Virus record (IMG/VR): IMGVR_UViG_3300010148_000043
Span: 1-36,341 of that record
Source of the DNA: a virus
Lineage: Duplodnaviria; Caudoviricetes
Length of the DNA: 36,341 bases
Direction: 5' to 3' (one strand)
This document shows positions 1 through 12,600 of the stretch, one piece after another; the stretch's first letter is position 1; each line of letters begins with the position of its first letter. The notes beneath the pieces are model-generated. The model searched no databases, was not told where the DNA came from, and worked only from the letters and a program-made list of their open reading frames with translations. The position numbers and the translations under genes are program-made.

Positions 1-684
1 AATGGTAACTTCCCAAGTATAGAAATGTTAGCAAACGAAACAATGACCCTTTCTGATGGTAGTTCAGGTACTTTTGAACAACTTCTTAATCAAGGTAAAA
101 TAGCATTACAAACTAAAACAGGTACAACTGATCCGTTTATGAGAAATGGAACTATAACTCCAACTGGAGATGTGTTTAATATACCTATGGCAGATGTTTG
201 GAGATCTTATGAGTCACAGGAAAGGGCTTATAAAAAGTATATAGAACATGGAGGGTCACCTACTTCACCTCCAGGAACCTCGTTCCATGAAGCAGGTCAG
301 GCGTTTGATATATCTCAATCAGATAATGATTATGGTATTTATATAGTAGATCTTACTCAAGGAGAAGGTGGTGGAACGATGGGTAATAACAACTTTAAAC
401 CTACTAGTTTCTTCGGAACGACTGTTGATCAAAATGCTATACAGTTAGATGATGTTATATATAATGGTACTAGACCGTGGAACGGTATGGATAATGAGAT
501 TCAAAAATTAGTTACACAAAGATTAATAGATCTGAATAAGAGAGATGGTTACTCATTAGCGCAACTATCAGCATCTAATCCGGACAAGAATGAGTGGTGG
601 CATTTCTCAATAGGTGAAATGACTCAATACAGAGACCCACTTATGCCAGGAAATAAATATGGAACTTATAAATACGTAAGATAA
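1..684 (+). CDS. C-terminal part of a probable virion/ejection protein with an M15-family Zn peptidase (peptidoglycan hydrolase) domain; probably 5'-truncated by the window
   Basis: Frame is open from base 1. Motifs WRSYESQ, PPGTSFHEAGQAFD (SxHxxGxAxD) and EWWH match the M15/VanY-like Zn ligands. Lies directly upstream of the RNAP gene. Confidence 0.8.
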   Translation, partial: NGNFPSIEMLANETMTLSDGSSGTFEQLLNQGKIALQTKTGTTDPFMRNGTITPTGDVFNIPMADVWRSYESQERAYKKYIEHGGSPTSPPGTSFHEAGQAFDISQSDNDYGIYIVDLTQGEGGGTMGNNNFKPTSFFGTTVDQNAIQLDDVIYNGTRPWNGMDNEIQKLVTQRLIDLNKRDGYSLAQLSASNPDKNEWWHFSIGEMTQYRDPLMPGNKYGTYKYVR

Positions 685-685
685 T

Positions 686-3600
686 ATGAGCGATAATAAT
701 TCATTACAAAATCTGCTGGACAATAGCTCAACAGAACCTTTAAAGCTGAATCCGGTTACTAATTTACCTATGAAACCTTCAGAGCAGAAGCCTACACCTA
801 TTAAAGGAGCTAATTCTATTAAGGATTTAGTGGATTATACATATATGGATCCTGCTAGAGATGAGTCTTATTTTAGTAACCCGGTTAATCCAGATGACCC
901 TTACGATATGAAGAGAGTTGATTGGCCTGTACATGATAGAAGTCAGATTGATTCTATGAGAAATGCAAGACAATCACATGGTGATAGATTGTTAGGATGG
1001 GTTAATCAATCTGTAGCAGAAATTGGGGGTGGTACTATTTGGGGAATAGGCGCACTATTAGATCTAGCTGCTGGTAATGCAGAAAATGATTATGAAAATT
1101 ATATAACTAAATTCGGTAAAGGTTGGATAGATTGGTCAAAAGATGTTACACCTATATTTTTAGCAAATCCTGGAAAAGGTTGGGATACTAGTGACCCCGC
1201 ATGGTGGGCTTCTAATGCAGTATCATTAGTATCTACATTATCTTTACTTATACCCGCAGCAGGAACAGTAAGACTTGCAGGTTTTGCTGGAAGAGCTATG
1301 TCTATGGGGGGAAGGTTAATGAGAGTCTCAGGTAAAGCTAGTAAGTTAGGAACGAAAAGTTTAAGATATCAGCTGGGTAATGTACTAGCTAAAACTACTA
1401 GACTTGGTGGAAAGAGAGGTCAGGCTTTAGGAAAGATGACATTAGGGGGTATGAGTATGAGGTATATGGAAAACTACAGAGAAGCAGGTGAAACATTTGT
1501 AACATCATATGATAAAAATTTAGAGTTTTTGACAGATGATACTGCTTGGGAAAATTTTTTAGAGAGTGCAGATGGTAAAAAGTTTTTAGAGGAAAACCCG
1601 GACTTTAAGTTAACTGATCCATATATAAGAGAAGAGGCTGCAAAATATATTGCTGGGCATGCTGCTCATAAATCTTTTAATATGAACTGGGCTAATGCAG
1701 CGTTTGATATACTTCAATATGGATTAGTATTTGGACATCTAGGTAGATTAGCAAAAGGTACAAGAGGTTCTGTTTTAATGGGTCATAGTAATAAAGTAAG
1801 ACAAGCACAAAATGCTATGCTTAAAAACCCTAAGTTACCAAGAACTAGATTGGGTAGAATATGGCAAAACTATGGTAAGACACCAACTAAATGGGGAGCT
1901 TGGGCTTATTCTGAAGGTATAGAAGAACAGATAAACTGGATCTCTATGCAAGAAGGTATTAGACATGGGGATGTTATGGCTGGTAATGTGGGTCCTAGTA
2001 ATCCTGATTGGTATAGTAAAGGAATGGGACGACCGGATTTTTCTCTTTGGCCGAGTATGTTTTTAGGACCTGAAAACAGAAAGACTGCATATTCACAAGA
2101 AGGATCGTATTGGGCTTCTACATTATTTGGAGCTATGGGTGGTGGTGGATTTACTATGCTTGGGGGTTTAGTAAATAGAAAAACTAATAAAGCACGACAA
2201 CAAAGACAGATTGAAGAGATTGGTAAAAGACAGGAGTTTATAATAAATGCTTTAAATAAAAGAAATGAAGCTCATGAAAAGGGAGATGTAGAAGGTGTTA
2301 AGCTACAAAATAAATTACTAGCAGTAAATTTAGGATTAAATGCATCCCAAGCTGGTAATGTAGATTTATTATTAGAGCAAATTAATGATGAAAATTTTGA
2401 TCAACTTCTTTTAGATAATGGTGTTAGTAAAGATGACCTAGATAGTACTAAAAGAGCAGTAATTGAAGACATTAAACAGGCTGAAAAACGCTATAGAAAC
2501 TATAGTAATAGAATATTTGGTAATGAATATGGTGCTGGAGCAGCAAGAGCTGTTACAGAATTAGAGATGGCTATGGATATGTATTCTGAGCTAATGGAAG
2601 ATATTGATAATAGAATAAATGAGTCTCAAGAAAATACTAAAATAGCTGAAGAAAAAGCTAAAATAGGTGTAAACACTAAAAGACGTAGAACTATACAAAC
2701 TAATATAACTAGTTTGAAGCAGACTCTAGAAAAAGTAGAAACTATTATTGAAAACCTAGAGAATGATAATGCTACTCCTAATATAACTAAAGAGGAGAAA
2801 GCTCAAAATGATTCTACTATTGCTAATTTTAAACAGTGGAAAGATAATTATACAGCTGAATTAAAACTTCTAACTCAAGAAGGTGCAGATCTAGAAAAAA
2901 ATTCTAAAGAAACTTATACTGAAGATAAATTTAAAGAAGAGCAAGAGTATTTACAACAGACTAATAGAAATGATGTAGTACAATTAGCGAATCAAAAGCA
3001 AATATATAAAGCAAATAGATTAGCAGCTTGGAAACAATTAAATCAAATACTGAGTGGTAATTTTGAATTTACTGTAAAACAGAAAAAATCAGACAAAATA
3101 GAAGATGCATTATTAAGTGATAAGGAGCTTAAGAAAAAGCTTGCGATGGATAAACAAGACCGTGCAGATATTGAAAGAAGTTGGAATTCTATTACAAAAA
3201 AGAACGCTAGAGCAGCACAAACTGATGCTACTGTACAGGATTTAATGGATTTATTGTCTAATCCAGCTACTACACAAGATCAAATAGATATATTCTTGGA
3301 TGAATATCAAGATAATAAAGATGTACAAAGCTTATCTAAGCCTCTTATTGCAAATTGGAGAACAAGAAAAGATCAATTAGAGTTACAAGCATCTATAGAT
3401 AATTTAAGAAAAGCAAGCCAAGAAATCAATGAAGCTGTTCAAGAGGGTAGAGAAATAAAAGATTCTGAGAAGGTTATTAATAACGTTATGCGTTTATTAA
3501 ATGAGATTTGGGGAGTTGAGGGCATACAAAAAGATGGTAAAGGAAATCCTCTATCATTAAAACAACAAAATGCTAAAAGAAGAGATTATAATTGGGCTGA

Positions 3601-6600
3601 TAATTTATCTAAATTTATAGCACGTTATAAATATGGTATACCAGAATCTTTAAATTGGAGATGGGATCAGATATTTGATAATTTTGTGCCAAACCACCAA
3701 GTAATGTGGAATAATCGTATAGGAGTAATATATCAAGATAGTGGTACATTATTTTTTGAAGATGAGAATCAACATAAAACAGCCATAACAAAAGATCCTG
3801 ATATACTATTTAATTTAGATATGATTGTACTAAAGAATAGTACAACAGTACCTATTACTGTAGAAGAAGATGGTAGAACTTTTAATATAAAAGGATCTTA
3901 TTATAGTAATCTTAAAGAAAATCCAACTGATGCTATTAAGTATAATTCAGAGGGTATACCTACAGCTGTTACACTAACTAGATGGATAGGACATGATATT
4001 ACAATAACTACTCCAGGTATTGTATTAGACATAGCTAGAGTTATAGAAACTCTAGAAGCTGTAAAAATAGCTAAGTTTGCATCTTTGAATAATGCAGAAA
4101 ATTCCTTAGATTTGGGAGATACTATTCATTATGCGATAATGGAAAAAACACCAACAGGTTATGAACTTGTAGTGTATAATGAAGAGACAGGTAAAAAAGT
4201 TAAAGGCAGTACTAAAGAAGGTAAGTCTTTAAAACATTTAGCTCATGCAATCTTAAGTAATAAGATAGAAAAAGAAATAAATAACATAAAAAAAGAATTT
4301 AATGAATCTACAACAACTTATAATGTTACTCCCACAGAAACTTCAAAAGAAGCTCTTAGCGGTACCCCCGGTCAAGCAGCCAGCGTTTCTCAAGAAGTTG
4401 AGGGAAGGGAAGACAACCCAGCCAAAAAAGAAGAAAAAATAACAGCTTCGGCACAATCTTCTAGCGCCATAGTTAATGTAGATCGTGCAAAAGTAACTGA
4501 AAAAGAGAAGAAAGAGATAATAGATGATATAAATAATGATGCTCTACAAACAGATAAACAAAATGCTGAAAAAATTATAGAAGAAGAAAAGCAGAAGAAT
4601 GAAGATAATTTAAAAGAAGAGACATCTGAAAGTATAGATAATTTATTAAAAGAGAGTAAATCTAATCCTGAAAAAACTGTAGATCTTATAGACTCTTCAG
4701 TTAATCAACAGGTACCGGGTAAAATAAAAGCGCCTAGAGCAAAGTTAGTTACTAATCCTACAGCTACTAATAGAAATAAGATAGAATTAGATAAAGCATA
4801 CCCCCAAGCATGGACTCCTCAATATATAGGTGTTAATTTAGGTACTAAAGCAGCTCCTTTATGGGTACAAGCAGTAGATATAAATGGTAATAGTGTACCA
4901 ATGTTTTCCAGATCTAATGGCGCTGCATATAGAATTATACCTGAATCTTTTCTATCCCCAACACAGTTAGACAATCTTGACAAACAATCTCCTGGTTCAG
5001 GAACTGTAACGTCTGTATGGTATAATGAGCCTAGAAAAAACATGAATAATCAGGTCATGAGGGAGGGTAATCGTATTATAGTAAACAAAGAAAAACAAGT
5101 TAGGTATACAGTTATTAATCCCAAAACTAAAAAACAAGAGAATGCTGTTATGGTTGTATATCCAGGATCAACTAATCAAGCAGATATTATTGATTTTGAT
5201 ATAGCAAATAGTCCTGAAACAGGGGTTGGTACAGATGTTATATTAAGAGTAGAACCTAATTGGCAGTATTATAAAAGCAAAGATGCTAATGATGTAGTAA
5301 TTACTGTAAGATTAGCAGCTAATCCAGAAACTGTTATTTCAATTATGAGAGGTGGTACAGCTTCTTTTAAACAGAATTTATTATTAAGAAAAAATATAGC
5401 AGAAGCTTTAAAGGGTAATAGACCTATGGATATTAAAGCTAAAATTGCAGGGAAAACTGATGGTTTTGTTACTAATCTAAAAAAGAGAGGTATATCTCTT
5501 AAGCAATCTATAGAAGTATTAGGTTCAGATGTTGTACTAGGTTATGGTATGGATGGAACTGTTCGTATACCTAATTCAACTGTATCTGTTTCTAATTCTC
5601 AATATGTAGAGAATGGAACTGTATATGCAGCAATGAAGTCAGCTAGCGGTAGAATAATACCTATAAGATTAGAAACTTCTAATTTAGATAATAATTCAGC
5701 TGCTAAAGTATTAGAGATTATTTTAGATAATAAATTATCAGAAGAGGATAGAAGAGCACAGGTAAATAAAATTGTACAAGTTTATGGTAAACTTGAAGAA
5801 GATACTCAGCTTGCTATGGATAATTATAGAATTAAATTTCCATATGCAGGAAAAATGATTGGCCTTCAAATACATCCAGAAGGAAGCGATCAGATAAGTA
5901 ACTTTGAAAAATTTATAACAGGAAAACCTTATAAATATATTTTATATGATCAGTCAGGATTAATTCAATCTGAAGGTAAAGTACAAAGAAAGGGGGGAGA
6001 TACAGTCCAGAAAATATTAAGAAATAGTACAGATTTTTCTTCACAAAATTTAGTTGATAATCGAAGTGTATTTATTGAGCATTTAAAAACAAAAAAATAT
6101 AATGTACAGGGACATGAATTAAATGTTAATGAACCTTATATGAGCCCAATAAATAATTTAGAATATACAAACTACTTAGAGTATCTATCGGATCCTGATA
6201 TAAGGGTTTTAACCACAGATATTCCGGGAGGAACTGCTGCTAAGTTTCATCATTCTATTATATATACAGAAGTATTAGATGACACTACTAAAGTAAGTTT
6301 ACCTTTTCAAAAAGCTGAATTAACTAAGCAAGAAATAAAAGAATTTACTGAACCTCAATTAGATGAAGAAGTTGTAACAGCTATAGAAGAAGAGGCTACT
6401 ATGTCTATAGATGATCTAATCGAGAATAATAAGAAGAAACCTAAGACTAAAAATGATATAGATAATCTAGATGATCTAGATCTACCTGGTATTAAACTAA
6501 GAGAGGTTGATGTTGTTAACCCACCTTCTTATAATATGCTTACTGAAGAAGAGGTAACATGGTTTACAGAAAAGTTTGGAAAAGAAGGATTGAATGTGTT

Positions 6601-9600
6601 AGAAAGAATGAAGTGGATAAGGGTATCTAAAGGAAGAAATGCTTGGGGTTTTTATAAAAATGGATTAGTTACATTAGCAAAAGAAGGTAAGCAAGGTACG
6701 GCATACTGGGAAGCATTTAGAAGAGTATTTGACATACATTTATCTGAAGAAGAGAAAACGTCAATATTGATGGAGGCTTCAATGGTCTATGGACATTCTC
6801 TTAGTATTATAAATAATAAAAATTTATCTCAAGAACAATTAGAAACAGAGTTGGCAAAAAACTTCATGGAGTTTATGTTAAATGAAAAAGATCCATCTTT
6901 TAAAGGTGCTATCAAAAAATTCTTTAAAGAATTATGGTACGCAATTAGAAAATTTATGGGCGCTGTTGGAAGTATAGAAAGAACATTTAGAAATATAAGA
7001 GATACAAAATATAAAAATTATACACAAGCAGAGCTAGCTAAGTTATCTAATGTAGAAAATGAACAGCTTAGACAGATGTATAATAAAGATGGACAACCTA
7101 TGCCACAAGAGTTTGTTGAGGAAGTCGTAGGTAACATAAACCACGACTTATATTCTGCGCTCCAAGTTAAAGCAAAAGAAGATAATGTATCTTTTGAGTC
7201 TTATCTTAAAGATCAAAAGCAGTTAGATATATTTTATGATACCTTAAGAAAACAATATAAAGCTATAGGTAAAAAGATATTAGAAACTCCAGGTATAAGT
7301 GATAGAGTAAAAAGTATAGGAGAAAATTATATTAGAATAACTGAGGACTCTTTATGGGGAATTAGAACAGATGCTTTACATAATTTAACTTCTCCAGGCT
7401 TTAAGAAGCTTGCTATACAAAATTTACAGCCTTTATTTGGTGTAAAATATACTACGTATAGAGGACAGGAAATAACAGATGATCTTGATGCTAATGAGGT
7501 TAATGATATAGTACAGGAAACCGAACCTCAAGCACAAGAAAGAATACATGGTATAAATTATTATTTTAGGCCTGTTAAAGACACATTATCCAAAGATGTT
7601 AAAATAGGACTAAGTTTTATACAGTCAAAAGAGAAAGGAAAAATATTAGGAAAATATAGATTTGTGCCATTTGATGATGTGTATAACTATCTTGCTTTAA
7701 ACTTATCTAATTCCCCAGAAGGTAAAGTCTTAGAGAAGTTAAAAACATTACAGCATGAATTAGTACCACAAGTACTACAAAAATACACAGAAGCTGGCCC
7801 CGCATGGCAAAATAAGTTTATTACACATTTTAATAAACAAAACATAGCATTTAAAACACTAGTCATTGACAATAATGGAACTGTTAAGGTTATGTATACA
7901 AATCGTAATGGATTAGAACGACAAATCATTAATGATTGGATGAGTGGTAAATCTACTTCACCTATATTTAAAGAGGTTAATGGAGAAAATGATACAATAG
8001 ATACTAAAGTAGCTAAAGAATTTCAAGAAATTATTGAAAACGATTTAGTAAATATTCATAATAAATATAGAAATATAAATAATAAATCAAAACAATCTGA
8101 AGGTAAAAAAGAATATATGGTTCCTATGATGAAAGTCTTAAAAAGCTTAGGAATAACATTACCTCAAAATATGAAAAGTGATTTATTTAATGATGATTCT
8201 ATTACTGTTGAAAGTCTTCACAAATATATGTATGGATCTAATTCTTTTCAGTATGTATTTAAAAATCTAGTAAGAGGTATAAGTCCTTATATGGCTAATA
8301 ATATGGAAATGGGAGCTTTAGGTAAACTTTCTAAATTTGTTTCTCAATATAAAATAGATTCTTATTTATCTTCTTTTATAGGGGGTAATAGAAAAAGTAT
8401 ATATTCTATTAATTTAAATACATATGATTCAGAACGAACATTAGCTTTAAGATCTGCGGAAACTTATAAACAAACTGTAGGTAGATACTTTAAAGATGTA
8501 TTCTATAAACCAAATTCAAATGTATCTCATATTATATTAGACATGATACTAAAACATCCTGATGTAAGAAATAACTTTCAATTAAGTACTTTTGATGTTA
8601 TAAAAGAAAAGGGAACTTTTGGTAGAGCAACTGCTTATGATAGAATGACTGAAAACTTATCTGCTTTATCTAGATTTTCTATGTTTAATAATAGTGGAAA
8701 TAGATTTGCAGAATTCAGTACAGGTACTAAATCTGATAAAGGTCAATTTAAATTCTTAACCTTACCTAAAATACATCCAAAGAATAAAGGTTTAGGAATG
8801 TGGAAATCTACTAAATTAGGTATTGAAGGGTTTGTAGAAACTGCTGTAGAACTTATGAGGCCTTTAGCGCTAGGTGAGTATGCACGTATATCAAAGATAG
8901 AACGACAGTTATTTGATATAGATATGGATTTAAAACATCAAGTAAAAAATCTACATTATAAAAATGAACCTGGAGACAATCAAGGTAATGGTTTACGTTT
9001 TATGTTCTTTAGAGATCTTAATGAAACTGAACTATTTAATAAAGAAACAAATAGATTACAAGCTATATCTACAACTAATAATTCAAATATAGAAGTATAT
9101 AATAAATTAAGTAGTATGTTAGATGGCTATTTAAGAAGTTATGTATCTAAACAAATAAGAAAAACAATAGATGCTTTTGTTGAGGCTAAAGCAGTAGTTA
9201 AAGTTGGAAAAGAAATACATAATATTAATTTACCAATGCAGGCTATTTCAGGTAAAAGTATTGGAAAGGATATTACATTAGCTATAGTTGAGTTTGCTGT
9301 AAATGATATTGTAATGAAGCCTTATATAAATACTATATTTGGTCCAGATCTAGCTTTCTATAAAACAGATAAACAAGGTAATCCTATGATCGATGCTGGT
9401 AAAAGACAGTATCAGTCTGTAACTCCTAAAATGAACCTTACTTATAATGAGGAGCATGATTATGGAGCTAAACCTAAATTTACACATGCAGTAGTAAGGG
9501 ATATAATTAAAAGAAGCCCAGAAACTGTACAAAGGTTTGAAAAAATATTAAAGAATGCGGGAGTAGAAGCTAAGGTAGCTAAAGAAATAGCGTCTGCTTA

Positions 9601-12600
9601 TACAGAAGTATTAAAAACAGATGCGCAAGGATATACTACATTAGAATTCCATAAAAGACAAATGGAATCTCAAGGTAAATGGTCTAAAGAACATGAATCT
9701 GCATATCAAACATACTGGAGAAAAGGGCTAATGGGAGGAAAGGCTGAACAGGAACTTTTATTGGACCCTTTAAAAACATATTTCTTTGGTGAAGTGTTAG
9801 AAGATGATGGTCATGGTAATGAAACCATAGTGTTTAAGCAGATTAAACATTCAACAATACCATTAATGAGGGGTTATACTGAAATCTTTGCAGAAAATGA
9901 TATAACCACCTTAGATGACTTGAGACAGCGTATGGAGGCTACAGGTAAGTATAAAGGTATGCAACCTATAGACATGATTAATTTTGAAAGTGGGGTTAAG
10001 GTAGGTATATCAGGTATATCTAATTTACAAGATTTAAATAATGTAAATGTAGAAGTACTTGATACTAAATACTTGGGCGCACCACAAATTATCACAACTA
10101 AAGCTAAAGATCCATTATTCGGGTCACAATTTGCTAAGTTATTACCTTCTAATATAGAAAACGATGCTAGCTATGTGTTAAATAATGGAGACAGATTATT
10201 AGGAGAAGAAGTTAAAACATTATATAATGATTTATGGTATGAAAAAATAGAAAGATCTTCTAATAAACTTTCACGTAAGATAGGCTATAAAGCATTCATG
10301 GATATTTTAGAAAACAGAGGTGAAATATCTAATAAAGAGTTTGGTATTGCGCAATTAAAGTTCTTAAAGAAAGTTAAGAATGAAGTATATCAAATGCTAC
10401 AAGAAAGAGAGTTACCTGATAATTACTTTTTAGCTCTAGATATACAAGAATTAATAGATGATGTTGATGCTTATGGTTATGTGACACCTATGGCATTTCC
10501 TACTTTTTCTAAAAGATTTGAGAATATATTATTATCACTATTTAAAAATAATATATTAAAACAAAAAGCTAAAGGTATGTCTGCAGTACAAATAGCAGAC
10601 TTTGGATGGTCACTTACTAACGAGCTTCAAATAAAAGCTAATGGTAACAAGGGTGTATACGCAGAGGTTGCATTACCTTATGATTTAGTACATAAACTAG
10701 GATTAAAGGTTGGAGATAATCTATCAGAAGTAGATCAAAGTTTATTAGAACTAGTGGGGTATCGTATACCAACACAAGGTAAGAATTCTATGTTAGCTTT
10801 AAAAGTAGTTAAGATTTTACCTAAAAATATGGGGTCTATTATACAACTACCCGCAGAAATAACAACTATTATGGGCTCGGATTTTGATATAGATAAAATG
10901 TATATCATGTTCCCAGAACTAACAAAAGATAAGAAAAGAGAAACTGCATTTAAATTAGGACAGTATAGAACTAAAAAATCTTTTGAAGGATTATCTGACC
11001 AGGCTGTTAATCAAGCTTTGTTTGATATATCTCATAGTATATTATCTTCTAAACATTCTGTAAAAGAAATATTAACACCTTTAGATTCTAACACATATAA
11101 AGAGGCTATAAAAGATTATAGAGAAGCCGGTATTACAGAAGATATATCTGATTTTGATGTATTTACTCCAGCTGCAGATATGTATTTAGAAAAAATAAAT
11201 AAGGATGCTGCCATGTTGATTGGTTTATTCTCAATGAATTCTACATCTCATGCATTGGCCCAGGATATGGATGTTACATTAAATAATGTAGCAGTTTATT
11301 TTAATTCAAAAAAGGGACAAGAGCACACAAGCTTAAGTAATATTTATGATTTTGATGGTAATTATATATCAGATCACATAAAAGATGATCAAAATGAATC
11401 TATTGATAATGCTAAAAATCAAAGAATAGGTCCCGCAGGAGTTACAGTTTATAATCACGGTGTAAAAATGCTATTAAATAGAGTTGGTGTGCCAGGAAGA
11501 GCTTCTCTTGATTTCATAAATCAGCCTATGATAAAAGAATATCAAAAAAGTAAGGCTACAAATACAGATAATGTATCTGATATTAAGTTAGCAGAACGTG
11601 TAGCGGAAGAATGGGGGGTTAAACAAGAATTTTTAGAGGCTAAAAAATTATTTGGTGAAGATAGATTCTTTACACCGAGTACATCATCATTAAAAACATC
11701 TTTAAAGCATACTAAAGGAGGGGAAAGAACTAATAAAGTGCAACAAGCTCAATTATTAGCAGATTTCTTTAACTATTTGGATATTGCTAGAGATATTTCT
11801 AAGCTTAATATGCTCTTAAATCCTGAAGGCTTAAAGAATTTTAGTAGATTAAGCTATTTAGAGGCTTTTAAAAACGCTGAGGGTCATTTAAATAGCACGT
11901 CATCTTATATAAATATAGGTAAGATGCCAAAAAGAACAGAAGCATTTATAAAGTTTGGTATAGATGAGGCCATTAATGTTACTAGTTACTTTATTCCTTT
12001 TAATAAAGAAGGTTTTTTAGAATTAAAAAGAAGTATAGCTAAATATACAGGACAACAAGATGGCGTATTGTCACAAGAGTTAATAGAAACTATAAATAGT
12101 TTAGCTTTATACTATGTCTTTACTCAACCTACATCTCCTTTAGGTGAATTATTTTACACAGAAAATAAATCTGATATGTCTGTAATTAAAAAGAGATTAT
12201 TTACATTATCAGAATCAACAGTATCTAGATTTTTAAATCTTAGATCTAGAAAGAACATGTTTAATGATAAGTTCTTTGGTATGTTATTTGCGCATAGAGA
12301 AAATACAGGTAAGAATAGATTCATAAAATTATTAGCTTTTAATAATGCTAGCAAATTAGATGCATCTCAAAAATCTGCAATAACAGACAGATGGGAGCAG
12401 TTACTAGACCCTACTGTAACTAAAGATGTAGAAGTAAGAAGAATGGCTGAAGCTTTAGTTCTTTATTCTATTATTACATCTGGTTTTATCTCAACAGGTC
12501 CTAATACATTTGTAGACTTAATACCTAATTCATATTGGTCTAATAAATCAGAAAATAGAGATTCATTAAGTAATTTCTTTAGAAAAGAGGTTAGAACAAT

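Noticed and set aside
4819-12354. Minus-strand ORFs of 60-80 aa inside the giant gene (4819, 7687, 9350, 9874, 12154)
   Set aside because: Antisense shadows of a strongly supported CDS, with no motifs.
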